A stretch of DNA of 64,000 nt from Gekko japonicus (lineage: Eukaryota): the NCBI RefSeq assembly GCF_001447785.1, contig NW_015169805.1:62001-126000 (forward strand), written 5' to 3'. The notes below the pieces were generated by a model. It had not been told where the DNA came from and did not search any database. It saw nothing but the letters and a program-made list of their open reading frames with translations. Shown here piece after piece: positions 51,355 to 62,613 of this stretch (position 1 is its first letter; each line of letters starts with the position of its first letter). The position numbers and the translations under genes are program-made.

Positions 51355-51920
51355 GGTTTGCAGGGCTTCAAACCAATGGTCATGGACCTACATGCCTTTC
51401 CCCACATGTCCCCCAGAGAGCACTGCGATCAGGGTCCAACACCAACTCAACCTTCCCGAACCAAAGGATACCAGGCTAGCTTCAACCAGGGCCAGGGCTT
51501 TCTCGGTGGCGGCTCCGCTCTGGTGGAACAAGCTCCCGGAGGAGATCAGGACCCTGTGGGACCTTATGCAGTTCTGCAGGGCCTGCAAGACAGAACTGTT
51601 CCACCAGGCGTTCAATTAGGAGCTGCCCCGGGAGAATGCCCTGTCGCCTGAAATCTTTGAGTCAGCCTGAGCCACCCGCGCTATATTAGATCGCGATCGA
51701 CCACCAGGATGGCACGGAAGTCTGAGCGCCATCCCAAATGTAATGCTGAACTTATTCTGTTTAATTGTTAGCACCTTTTAATGTTGTAATTGTTACATGG
51801 TTTTATGATTATTATACCATTTATTGTTGTTTTTATCCTATTGTAAGCCGCCCTGAGCCGGCCATGGCCAGGAGGGCGGGGTATAAATGTAATAAATTTA
51901 ATAGATAAATAAATAAATAA
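51355..51920 (+). mobile_element. Young L2-clade 3' end with UTR and (AAAT)n tail
   Basis: ARAFSVAAPLWWNKLPEEIR...FCRACKTELFHQAF*; tgtaagccgccctgagcc...agggcggggtataaat stem-loop tail. Confidence 0.85.
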
Positions 51921-51977
51921 ATGACAGCCACAGTTTCCCATTCTGCCTCGCAATGGGCCATTAACCAAGGTTTAGGT

Positions 51978-52300
51978 CGGGCTTCCCCCAATCGTTTTGA
52001 GACCTGCAAGCACTTTTGGAATTCTGACAGTGAAGATCCTTGTGCTGTGTTGGCAGCTGCTGCCAAAGCAACAGTTTTAAAAGTCTGCACAGCTGATCAA
52101 ATCTCTGTCATACAATGCCAAGACCCCAGGGCCATACAGCCCGGGAAATCTACAACTAAAAATCTCTGAGGGCTCATCAGAAACCTTGATGGGCAGAAGC
52201 CCCGCCTGGCCCCACCTCCCTTCCAAAAACACTTGGCAAGAGCCAGAGAAAATGCTGGCATGTGCCATGGGGTCAATGGCACCATGTTGGGGTCCCTACC
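51978..52300 (+). mobile_element. hAT-Charlie-like MITE
   Basis: ccccaatcgttttgagacctgc...ggaattctgaca...ccatgttggggtcccta. Confidence 0.65.
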
Positions 52301-53044
52301 ATTTAAACATTTTGTTGGGGGGGGGTGAGATGTCCAAGGGAAAGGCAACTTGGATTTCTTTTTCCACCTTACTGGACATCAGTGCATCCTTTGCACATTT
52401 TTCACAACCGAGCAGTATTCATAAGGAAAGATGTAGCACGGACTGGGTCTTGCCCTGAGTCCATTCAGGGCACAAAGAAATAGACAAAGATCGTTTTGAC
52501 TAGTCCATCTTGTTTCACTATCCCAGTCACTGCTTCTATGTATCTGTTCCTTGCAACAGCATCAACCAGGCCGAGTGTTTCTTTTCTTTTAAATGTGCTT
52601 TTTGGATACAGCTTAATTACGCATTTTGTCCTCCAACTGATACTAGCAAAACCTGATCCTCTAAAATCGTCTGGTTGCTTGGAATTAACACAGCAAGACA
52701 CACGACCCTTGCCACTTCCCTAAATCTTATGGTATTTACTCAAATGCAAAACTAGGGTATTTAAAACATCCCCCCAGGTATGCTATCAAAAAGGAGGGGT
52801 GTCTTAAATCTGCATACGAGTTACCGTTATGTCCAATAATTAAAACCTTTTGGATATACCATTGGGGAGGGTGTCTTACATCAGGCCTCAACTGTTCCGG
52901 ACACCAGGTCACCACTGCAAAGTGAAGTTTGTTCGTGGATCCATTGGCCCTCCACCTGTAAACTCTGAGACAGAGTTTAAAATAAGGAGAAGGGAAAGGG
53001 GAGTGAGCCCTTAGAAGGAATGCCCTGCAAGATTTTTAGCACAG

Positions 53045-53198
53045 ACGGCAAAGGATGAGATGGTTAGACAGTGTCATAGATGCAACGAACATGAAACTGA
53101 GCAAACTTCAGAGGACGACGGAAGACAGGAGGGCCTGGCGGGATCTTGTCCATGGGGTCGTGAAGAGTCGGACTCGACTGTGCGACTGAACAACAACA
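53045..53198 (+). mobile_element. BovB 3' end fragment
   Basis: Closely similar to 57772-57929 and to the reverse complement of 32505-32660; (AAC)n tail. Confidence 0.85.
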
Positions 53199-54057
53199 GA
53201 GCTCAACAGCTGCTGACTCTCCTTTGTCTTTGTTGGGCAGAAGAAGTGATAAAAATCTCTTGTTATATGTTATATGTTGTTGGGGGTAGTTGGGTGTTGT
53301 TTGTATGTATGTCTGCAGTATATAATAACAAAAATAATAAAAGTGTACCCTCGGGTACTTTAAAAAAAGAAGAAGAAGAAGCAAAAGTAAAAGGTGACAG
53401 AAACAGAATCAAAATCTTAAAATGCAGCTTTCCAGCGACTCACACATAGAGATAAAGTGAATTATTATAACAACCAATGTAAAGAAATAGAAGAGAACAA
53501 CAAAAAAAGGAAGAACAAGGGATCTGTTCCACAAGATCCAAGGAATCAAAGAGAAATTTAAATCATGGTTGGGCATGCTAAAGATCAATGTGGAAATACA
53601 TTAATTGAACAGGACAAAAAAAATGATGAGAACAATACACTGAAGAACTATACAAAACAGATGAAAGGATGACAGATTCCTTCCAAGAAGAATCTTTTGA
53701 AGAAGAACCTGCAGTTCTGGAAAGTGAAGTGGGAGCAGCACTGAGAGCAATAGGTGAAGCAAACCACCAGGAATAGATGGAATATCAATAGAGCAATTCC
53801 AGGCAACAGAAATAAAGCCATTAAAATCTTAACAAGATTGTGTCAACAAATATGGAAAACAAAACAATGGCACACAGACTGGCAACGCTCAATTTACGTC
53901 TCAATTCCAAAAAAGGAGACATCAAAGACTGCAGCAGCTTATCAGACCAGAGCATTTCTCACGCAAGGAAAGTGATGCTCAAAACCTAATAGCACAGACT
54001 GTTACCATATTTGAAATGCCAGGTATTCAAACTGGATTCAGAAAAGGAAGAGGCACT

Positions 54058-54168
54058 AGAGATCATATTGCAAATTTACGTCAATTTCTGGAGCAATTTC
54101 AGAAGAAACTCTAGAGAGATCATATTGCAAATTTACGTCAATTTCTGGAGCAATTTCAGAAGAAACTC
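54058..54168 (+). repeat. Perfect tandem duplication of about 54 bp inside the RTE
   Basis: agagatcatattgcaaatttacgtcaatttctggagcaatttcagaagaaactc occurs twice. Confidence 0.9.
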
Positions 54169-54736
54169 AGCTTGTGTTTCACAGATTACAGCAAAGCTTT
54201 TGACTGTGTGAATCATGAAAAGTTATGGTTGGCTTAAAAAGAAATGGGTGTGTCACAGCATTGTTTTGATGTGAAATCTATACTATGGGTAAGAGGCCAC
54301 TGTTAGAACAGAATATGGAGAAACAGAATGGTTTCCCATTGGAAAAGGTATCAGACAAGGATGCGTTTTATCTCCCTATCTCTTCAATCCGTATGCAGAA
54401 CACATCATAATGAAAACTGGATACAATTTAGATGACAGTGGAGTGAAAACTGGTGGAAGGAACAATAACAATTTGAGATATGATGATGGTACCACATTAC
54501 CGGCAGAAAACAGTGAAGACTTGATACGACTATTGATGAAGGTTAAAGCAGAAAGTGCCAAAGCAGCATTACAGCAGAACATCAAAAAGACAAAAGTAAC
54601 AGCTACTAGGAAATTACACAACTTTAAGGTTGACAGTGAAGAAACTGAAATTGTCCACGATTTTCTATTCCTTGGCTCCATCATCAACCAAAAGGGATAC
54701 TGCACCCAAGAAATCAGGAGACTGAAACTGGGAGGG

Positions 54737-55118
54737 TGTCAGGTAGCCCTGTCATAGATCTGGAATGTGGAGGGGTGCGCCTCCTCCTCTTTCCCAGCTC
54801 ATCCCTGTCCAGCTTCTGCGTGCTATATCTGGCTTGACCTTGTTGATGTTTCCAGCTGCAATTAACTCATCCGGGAAAGCTAACGGCTTTTACTCTTTGC
54901 CCACTCGCTTGCTAGCTTTAGCCCACGCATGCGAATCATATCCATTGGCTTCAGCTCATGGGGGGAGGGGAGTTTGATTATACTATAAGTCAGGGGCCAC
55001 TATATTGTAGGTCATTCCTGACACAAGCTGTATACTCGTTCTTTAGTACTGGACTACCAATAAACACTGATCTTCTAAAGAAGCCTTGCGTGGTGTACCC
55101 TGACTAAGGAGCCTGACA
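54737..55118 (+). mobile_element. Solo LTR, 382 bp, inserted in the RTE
   Basis: TGTCAGG...CCTGACA ends, 5-bp TSD gaggg, TATA-like tactataag, AATAAA near 55059; removal rejoins RLKLG|GAVMKELEK. Confidence 0.9.
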
Positions 55119-56616
55119 GAGGGGCAGTCATGAAGGAGTTAGAAAAGACCCTTAAGAGTAAGGATGTGTCACTGGCAACCAAGATCAAATTAATTCACGC
55201 CATAATAGTCCTCATTACTATGTACGGGTGTGAAAGCTGGAGGATGGAAGAAAGCTGACAGGAAGGAAGTAGATGGCTTTGAAACGCAATGTTGGAGGAA
55301 GAGTTTTATGGATACAGTTGACCACGGAAAAGGCAAACTAGCGGGTTCTAGACCAAATCAAGCCTGAACTCTCCCTAGAAGCTAAAATGACTAAACTGAG
55401 GCAATTGTACTTTGGTCACATCATAAGAAGATAAGAGTCACTGGAAAAGACAGGAATGCTGGGAAAAGTTGAAGGCAGCAGGAAAAGAGGAAGACCCAAC
55501 ATGAGATTAACTGATTCTATCAAGGACGCCACAGCCCTCAGTTTGCAGGACCTGAGAATGGCTGTTAACGATAGGATGTTTTAGAGGACACTAACTCATT
55601 TTGGAGGACACTAACTCCATAAGACAGACGTGCCTTGATGGCACTTAACACACACACACACACACAACAATGTGTAGGAATGGACTGTTGAAATTTGTTG
55701 TATCACCTGATAAATAACATTCCATTAAACCTCTATTAAAGTAACAGGATATTTTTCTCCAGGCCAGTTGGCAACCCCATTTATATCTTACAGTCATTCT
55801 TAAACTTGCTTACTATAACTGGGGGGGGGGAGGAGTATTTGGTATGGGATGGATCTGAGCTTCTTAATTCCGGGGCTGGCTCCTAGGTCCAAAGAAAATT
55901 TTTCAAGGCTTCCTTTACATTCAGGGTAGCATTCCTTTACAGGAAATACAGTATTGACTTCAGGTTATTTTCACCAGTCACAGTAATAAGACAACGGAAA
56001 AACAAAGCAAAGAACTGCAAAGTTATAAAAAGACAATTACCCTTTGGAATAAATCACTACAGATCTACGTACCATAAAAAGTACAATCATCCTTGGTATT
56101 ATTTATAAATAAGAAAGCTGGATTTTACTATTGTGAACTACAGTCCTATACATCCCATTTGCTTCAGTGGACTTAGAAGGCTTTAACTTCTTGGGACTGC
56201 ATTGTAATGCTTACATTCTAGAAGTGACCTAGAACAGAAGGGTTCTAGAATTAACCTAGAAGGGCTTGTGAGGGGAGTTCATTCCACTCCCCTTTCTCAG
56301 AGACCAGGCAATCAAATGAAGAATATCCTTGCCACTCCCCTCCTCTCCACACACTGTAAACTGTAAGGGCTATTTCCATATTTCCCATCCAGTACAACTG
56401 ACGATATTTGCTGGAACCTGAGAAAAGCACATGGTCCCAGTGGAAACATAAGTAAGTCAACAAGAGGCTTTTCAAAACCACATTAAGCTAAACATTAAAC
56501 AAGTCATTTATTTAAGGCTGGAGCGGGCATGCTTGTTAAGCCTAGAAATATTTAGATTCCTGTTAGCAAATCAGGTAATCAAATCATTAGCACAGCAGAA
56601 AACCTTTTTGTGCAGT

Positions 56617-56966
56617 AAAGTAAAGGTAAAGGTTCCCTTGCTCGAAAGCCAGTCGAATCCGACTCTAGGGTTGCGGTGCTCATCTCCGTTTCAAAGCCAA
56701 GGAGCCAGCGCTGTCCGAAGATGTTTCCGTGGTCATGTGGCCGACATGACTAAACACCAAGGCACATGGAACACTGTTACTTTCCCACTGAAGTGGTACC
56801 TATTTATCTACTTGCAATTTCTTGCTTTCGAACTGCTAGGTTGACAGGAGCTGGAACTGGAGATGAGAGCTCACTCCATCATGCGGCACACTCGGGTCTC
56901 GAACTGCTGAACTACTGACCTTCCACAGCCTGTAGTTCAGCATCTTAACCACTTGAGCCACCGCAG
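56617..56966 (-). mobile_element. Sauria SINE (Squam1)
   Basis: Highly similar to 39572-39928; aaggtaaaggt tail. Confidence 0.9.
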
Positions 56967-57226
56967 TACCAATGTAGATTTTCTCTACATTGCCAGTATG
57001 ACTTCAGGTGAATGAGCAGCACAAGATCTTTTCAGGAATCACAAATCCGCTATATTAAACAGGCTCCACACACACACACACAAACACAAAAATCTTCCAC
57101 CATCTAAAGGAAGAACTCTTCCTACCAGCCAAGAAGCTGTAAGAAGAGGAAATTATTATACTTCTATATCATATAATGTAAATGAACTACATTCACCGCT
57201 GTTATATATGAATGGCTCCAACTTAC

Positions 57227-57373
57227 CTATAGGGTTTCTGTCAAAAAACAGAACGGGAGCTTTCAAAATCGACTGGAACATTTTGTCATGCAACGTCTGA
57301 GCAGAGTTAACCAAAACGCGAAATATGAGGAGACACCTCAATACGCTGAACAGTATGGTAGCCACCGTCAAAC
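57227..57373 (-). CDS. ABCC4: ABCC4 coding exon (exon 19 equivalent), [49 protein letters not shown](G)
   Basis: Inside ORF 57156..57416(-); tctcAG acceptor, GTAAGT donor, 147 bp; ABCC TMD2 motif [13 protein letters not shown]. Confidence 0.97.
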
Positions 57374-57680
57374 CTGAGAAGAAAGAGAATGAAATGTAAT
57401 CTACGGACTTAAGCAAGAATTTCAGATGAGCGGTGAATGAGTTCTGGATTCAGTCATGTACAACCTGCGGGAGGAAATGGGACATTCTTATCCTGACACA
57501 AATATTCCCCTCCAGGTTACTACAAACTCCAGAGGTCTTCACAAGGCCAATCTCCCACCTCAGTCTGTCCTCATTAACTGACTCTCAGGATTCTGAGGGC
57601 ATACATTCGCTCTGTCTCACACATGTGTGTCTGTGTATATTGATTGACAGATACAGGCCCTCTCTATATCTGAAGGGCTG

Positions 57681-57771
57681 NNNNNNNNNNNNNNNNNNNN
57701 NNNNNNNNNNNNNNNNNNNNNNNNNNNNNNNNNNNNNNNNNNNNNNNNNNNNNNNNNNNNNNNNNNNNNNN
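57681..57771. other. Assembly gap (N run)
   Basis: 91 N adjoining a BovB 3' end. Confidence 1.
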
Positions 57772-57929
57772 ACGGCAAAGGTTGAGATGGTTAGACAGTG
57801 TCATAGATGCAACGAACATGAAATTGAGCAAACTTCAGAGGACGGCGGAAGACAGGAAGGCCTGGCGGGATCTGGTCCATGGGGTCGCGAAGAGTCGGAC
57901 TCGACTGTGCGACTGAACAACAACAACAA
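57772..57929 (+). mobile_element. BovB 3' end (5' part in gap)
   Basis: ccatggggtcgcgaagagtcggactcgactgtgcgactgaacaacaac. Confidence 0.85.
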
Positions 57930-58426
57930 ATGAAGTCTCCAAAATATGCATAAAAACATCATTGCCTATAAGTGGGCTTCTTCACAGTCAAGCACTTTTC
58001 ATGAACTGCATTATTAAACCAAACAAGCTGGGGTGGGGGGCACAATGAACAATTTTGGAGGGTCTGGTTTTGTGCTCTGCAACCACTACAAGCAGAGCCT
58101 CCGAAGATGAGCCTAATGGTAGGGCAGGTTCATAAGGGATCAGGTAATCTTTCAAGTATGTTGGTTCCAAACCATATAGGGCTTTGGAGGTCAAGAACAG
58201 CACCTTGAATTGTGCCCAGAAACAAACTGGAGGATAGTGTAAGTGTAGGAGGAGCTTGTGACTATGATCAGAACAAAGAAGGAATCAGTAATTTTCATCC
58301 GTAAGCATAATGAAATCCAGCAAGAAAAGGGATAGATTTCTGCAGGAGTGGGGAGGGGTTGGGGTACAGGGCATGTGATCTTAGTCAAGCCTAAGTCAAG
58401 GGCTAAGAGACTTAGAGCAGCCTGAA

Positions 58427-58622
58427 TAGCCCTGACCAGTCCAATCTCATCACAGCCTGGAAGCTAAACAGGGTTGGCCAAGCTTCGTACTTGGATGGGG
58501 GACCACCAAGGAAGTCCAGGTCATAACATGGAGGCAGGCAATGGCAAGCCACCTCTGCTCATCTCTTGCCTTGAAAACTCCACGATTCTGGTATCACCAT
58601 GAGTCAGTTGGACTTGACAGCA
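58427..58622 (+). mobile_element. 5S-derived SINE
   Basis: agccctgacc...ggaagctaaacagggt...tacttggatggggga...ggcaatggcaagccacctctg...ttgaaaac. Confidence 0.8.
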
Positions 58623-59787
58623 CAGAATGATTATCATTAGGAGAGTGGAGACCACCAAGTTAAGGAAGAGGCACACTGAACATAGCCTCTTGCCACTGAA
58701 AATACCTTCTTCCCGCTCCACCATCCCTTCTTGCAATTAAGGATTCCTGGCTTGAAACACACTCCAGTTCCCCGTGACATACAAATGCAGTGCCTATGAG
58801 ATATGGAGTTGGCTTCCTCTCCAGGAACAGGGACTGTATTCCTGCATTTAAACTGTGATTCAGAATCCCAGCTTCCAGGAGGTAAAACTCAGATAGTACC
58901 TGCCTTTGCATGTCACAGGAAACTGGAGTTTGCTGCAAGCCAGGAATCTTCAAACACCGCCCATGTGAGCATGGAGGAGGAAGAAGAGAAGTGTGTCCAT
59001 AAGCACAGCAACAAGCTGTGTTCACACACACGCAGAGCCTGTTGTGGCACGTGAACCCGGGCTACGTCTGAGCCACCCTATTTTTCATACATGTCATTTT
59101 TCCACTCTGCACTTCTTAATCCATTAAAACAGCTCTTGAGACAAGTGCGAAGCTTGGTAATACTGTGCACCTCTCTCAGCTTTTCCGCTTGTAACCGGTT
59201 AATTTGCTATAGCACTTGAGAACAAAATACGTCTATGTTGCCTTTTTAAAGGACTGATCTTTTTCACATCGACAAAACTGAAACGGAGCACGGCAAAAAA
59301 AAAATGAGGATCAATTTCTAATCCTTCTGCCCATCCATAACACTCCGTTTGCAAAGACAATGACCACGGTGCTCACGGCAAATGGCTTTTTGGGTACTCT
59401 GTTTCGGATCTGCCTTCCAAAATCCAGAAAAGAGAAAATTAAAACGTCCACACTCAGCCTCTTCCTTCTACGATAAATTCCATCCCCATCCCCCTACCCC
59501 CCATTTCATCCAATTGCCTTAGTCAGGAGACAAGCCTGAGCCCTGCTAATCTTTAAAAGGTGAATCTGAATCACTGTAGGAAATGGAAACCTTTCAGCCT
59601 ATCGCAGTTTAATAAAGTTCAAAATGGGCAGGTGGGGGGGAAGGGTCATAATCAGAGGTCATTTCGGGGGTTTGCGAAGGGGGAGGGAGAAAAGAGTAAT
59701 CAGAGGAATTCCACCCATCATGACTATTTATTTAGCGAGCCCTTGCAAGCCTTAAAGCAATTATGAAAATTATGAAAACTTTTTTAC

Positions 59788-59888
59788 CTGCGTATATTCC
59801 TAAATACCAACGGAGATCAAGCGCTTTCACTTCGTTCATTGTACTAGTGCCCTCTGTAGTCATGTTCAACCTTTCCTGTTGATTTGCC
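59788..59888 (-). CDS. ABCC4: ABCC4 coding exon (exon 18 equivalent), (W)ANQQERLNMTTEGTSTMNEVKALDLRWYLGIYA(G)
   Basis: tacAG|GGCAAAT...TACGCAG|GTaaaa, 101 bp, phases fit both neighbouring exons. Aligns with human WANKQSMLNVT...LDLNWYLGIYSG. Confidence 0.95.
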
Positions 59889-61346
59889 CTGTATAGGGGT
59901 AAGAAATCCTTTAAAGTTGTGCATACGAGCAGCTGTGAACTGTTTAAACCTCACATATTCCTATACGGCACCCAGTCAAACACATCTGGGAAACTCAGAA
60001 ACAAGTAATACCACCCCTCCCTTTTGTTTGCTCCCCCCCCAAAAAAAAACCTGGCACTCATGGATAACAACTCTTAATATCATACTTCCAAATTTGTCTG
60101 TCCTCTTTTAAAAGCCATTTATAAGCCAGTGATCCTCACCTTACGAGGATCCCCGATCACTTAAGCATGGAAGACCATTTAAAGTTGCAGGCTTTAAGAA
60201 TGGAAGAGACTGAAGAACCCATTCGTGTCCAATAACTCTGATAGTTTTTAGACCAACGACCATAAAAGTCATAAATCTTTAGATTGTTTCTCCAAAGAAG
60301 AAACAAACCAAAAAAGGACACTTTTTATAAACACAACTGTAGAATCTCGGGATTTTATGGCAACTAACAGATTTTGCCTTAGAAGGCCATCACTACCAGC
60401 CCGCTAGGAAATGGGGAATTCCATTGTTCTATGGTGGAGAATGCTCACATTTCGATTTTAATCAGAGGAAATGACCTGTATTAACAACTTAATGCTTTAA
60501 TTATTATTCTCCACCTTCACATCTATAAGATTACTATGAGGATATAACTTCTCTTCAGTCTTGCTTTGCTGTTTTTGTCTCACGTGCATGAACTATCAAG
60601 AGGTTGCTGTTTTCTTCCACTATATAATTGTACAGACATGATCTTTATTCTTCATTCAATTTGAAAAACACACTAGAAGGATAGAAAATGAGTTTATACT
60701 CAGAATCTTGTCATATTATCTTGCACATATGTTATCCCATATGTTTCAATATGCATGTTCATATAAGTGGCAGAGGCTCGTAGCTCAAATGTCGAAAGTT
60801 AAGGTGATTTTGGAATACTGGGACTTGTAGTTTTAGAGAAAAAGAAACAGAGGACATGAGAATAGTTCTATATTTAGCTATGTGTGTTGTGGTGGGGGGA
60901 AAAGAGGACTGTGGCTTAAATGTTGGAAATTCAGGTTTTCGTACCCTGAGACTTGCAGCTTTAGAGAAAAAGAAAAAGAAGATATGGAAATAGCCATTAT
61001 TTTTGCCTCACTGCATCTGTACATGGAAGAGGCGGGGGGAGAGATGAAGTTGGTTCCCCAAATATAGAAAGTGAAGCAATTCTGCTGTCCTGGACCCTAC
61101 TTCAACCAAACAAATACTCCCATAATTTCAGGTCAGGGTATCTGACAAACCAGTATTATCTCAGTGAAGGAGTTCATGACATCTTTCCTCTCAGAGTCCT
61201 CTTTCTTTGACTGAGATTCAGACTATTATGCGGGGGGATTTGAACCACATGATTGTTGATGGGATATGGTTTTTGAAAAAATAATTAACTTTAGATTACT
61301 CAGTTCAGCCTCCCCCCCCCCCCCGGAAACTGAGAAGTTTACACCC

Positions 61347-61532
61347 CTGCTCCCATCCAAATATTAACCACGGCCGACCCTGCTTAGCTTCTGAGATCTG
61401 ACAAGATCCGGCTAGCCTGGGCCATTCAGGTCAGGGCAGATCCATGGACAAGATCTCGCCAGGCCCTCCTGTTTTTCGCCGTCCTCTGAAGTTGGCTCAA
61501 TTTCATGTTCGTTGCATCTATGACACTGTCAT
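61347..61532 (-). mobile_element. 5S-SINE head (61347-61437) next to a tailless BovB fragment (61442-61530)
   Basis: ctcccatccaaatattaaccacggccgaccctgcttagcttc...; BovB piece flanked by agatccatg direct repeats. Confidence 0.8.
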
Positions 61533-62418
61533 AGATCCATGTTACTCTACTGCAAATATATCTAGTAAAATTACACTTTAGTTTCAGATCATACGTCATT
61601 ATACTCTTCCATCCGCAATTCATATATTCCATATCACTTTCACTTGATCCGCTTTGCTCTTTGGATGTTCTGGATGGTCCAGGCTCTGCCCTAGACTGTT
61701 ACCTGGAGGACCTCTTGTTTCTCTTATGTAGAATAAGACCCAGCTCACTATTTCCCTCCAGACTACCCTCAGGTGACTGCCCGATGGCAGGAGCACCAAC
61801 TACATCAGCCATGCTGAGGCAGTCAGAGAAGGAGCCTAGCCATCACAGCTGCTCCTCCAATGGAAGAGGCATGTGGGTGGAGAAAGGAACAAGGAGACTG
61901 AGAGGTCTGAAGAACATGGAAAAACCCCACACCCTACCACGCCCTCGGCTCCTGTTCTGCGGAAACTGGTACAGCAAAAGTGTTGACCACATGTATGACT
62001 GCACATATGCACTATGCATATTATATATGAATAAAAACAACAACACTTTTGAAGGAATTCTGTTAAGTACTGAGCTCATGTACATGGTTTAGGCTCTTTT
62101 ACAGTCTCCTGAGAATAGATTGGGGTATTATCCTTTACACAGGTGGCTAGATGTCGTCACAGATACTATCAAGAACCTTCGTTCATATTTCCTACTGGGT
62201 TCTGGCCCCTGTGGCCTTTCAAAATAATGCTGCTTTTGATGCATTTTGATGGGTTGTTTTTATGCTGTAATGTAAAGCAAAACTGTGGCTTCATAACAAC
62301 TTAGTCATCTCAAAGGCCCCTTTCTATTTCCCATCTCAACCATACCAACCTTCAGACACTACACTTAAGTCCCATTTTTACATTTATTGAATAAAAAGAT
62401 TAAAAAGAAATAACCTAC

Positions 62419-62456
62419 CAGTAAGAAAGCCACCAATCCTGAAGCACATAGGCAAC
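62419..62456 (-). CDS. ABCC4: ABCC4/MRP4 coding exon (human exon 17 equivalent), VAYVLQDWWLSY(W)
   Basis: Reverse complement reads ...ttaatcgAG|GTTGCCTATGTGCTTCAGGATTGGTGGCTTTCTTACTG|GTaggt. 38 bp; peptide matches recalled human MRP4 VAYVLQDWWLSYW. Confidence 0.95.
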
Positions 62457-62613
62457 CTCGATTAAAGAAATTTAGAGACATATCAGAGAAACAGGCTGGA
62501 AAAAAGCAAAAGAAAACTAGATTTTCTCAACTAGATTCGCGTCCAGTACTGCCTTAGAGGCTAACAAGATTTTCTGGTTATAAACGTTCACGAGACAAAG
62601 TTTCCTTCACCAG

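Larger units (their letters stand above)
53370..55650 (+). mobile_element. Decayed RTE/BovB-related LINE ORF2
   Basis: LCQQIWKTKQW.TDWQRSIY..IPKK, NNLRYDDGTTL, DFLFLGSII, EIRRLKLG; CA-repeat tail. Confidence 0.9.
10563..57226 (-). other. ABCC4: ABCC4 intron (intron 19 equivalent), about 46.7 kb
   Basis: NPIG/GRILNRF is contiguous in MRP4 protein, so no constitutive exon is missing between 57227 and 10562. Confidence 0.9.

Noticed and set aside
51013-51651. Longest ORF (212 aa) as a novel gene
   Set aside because: Its second half is an alternate frame of an L2 3' end; no recognisable domain or splice context.
54058-54168. CRISPR-like or functional repeat array
   Set aside because: Two-copy slippage duplication within a dead LINE in a eukaryote; no spacers.
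61661-62092. 143-aa ORF as a nested gene
   Set aside because: No recognisable homology or exon signals; may be degraded TE sequence.
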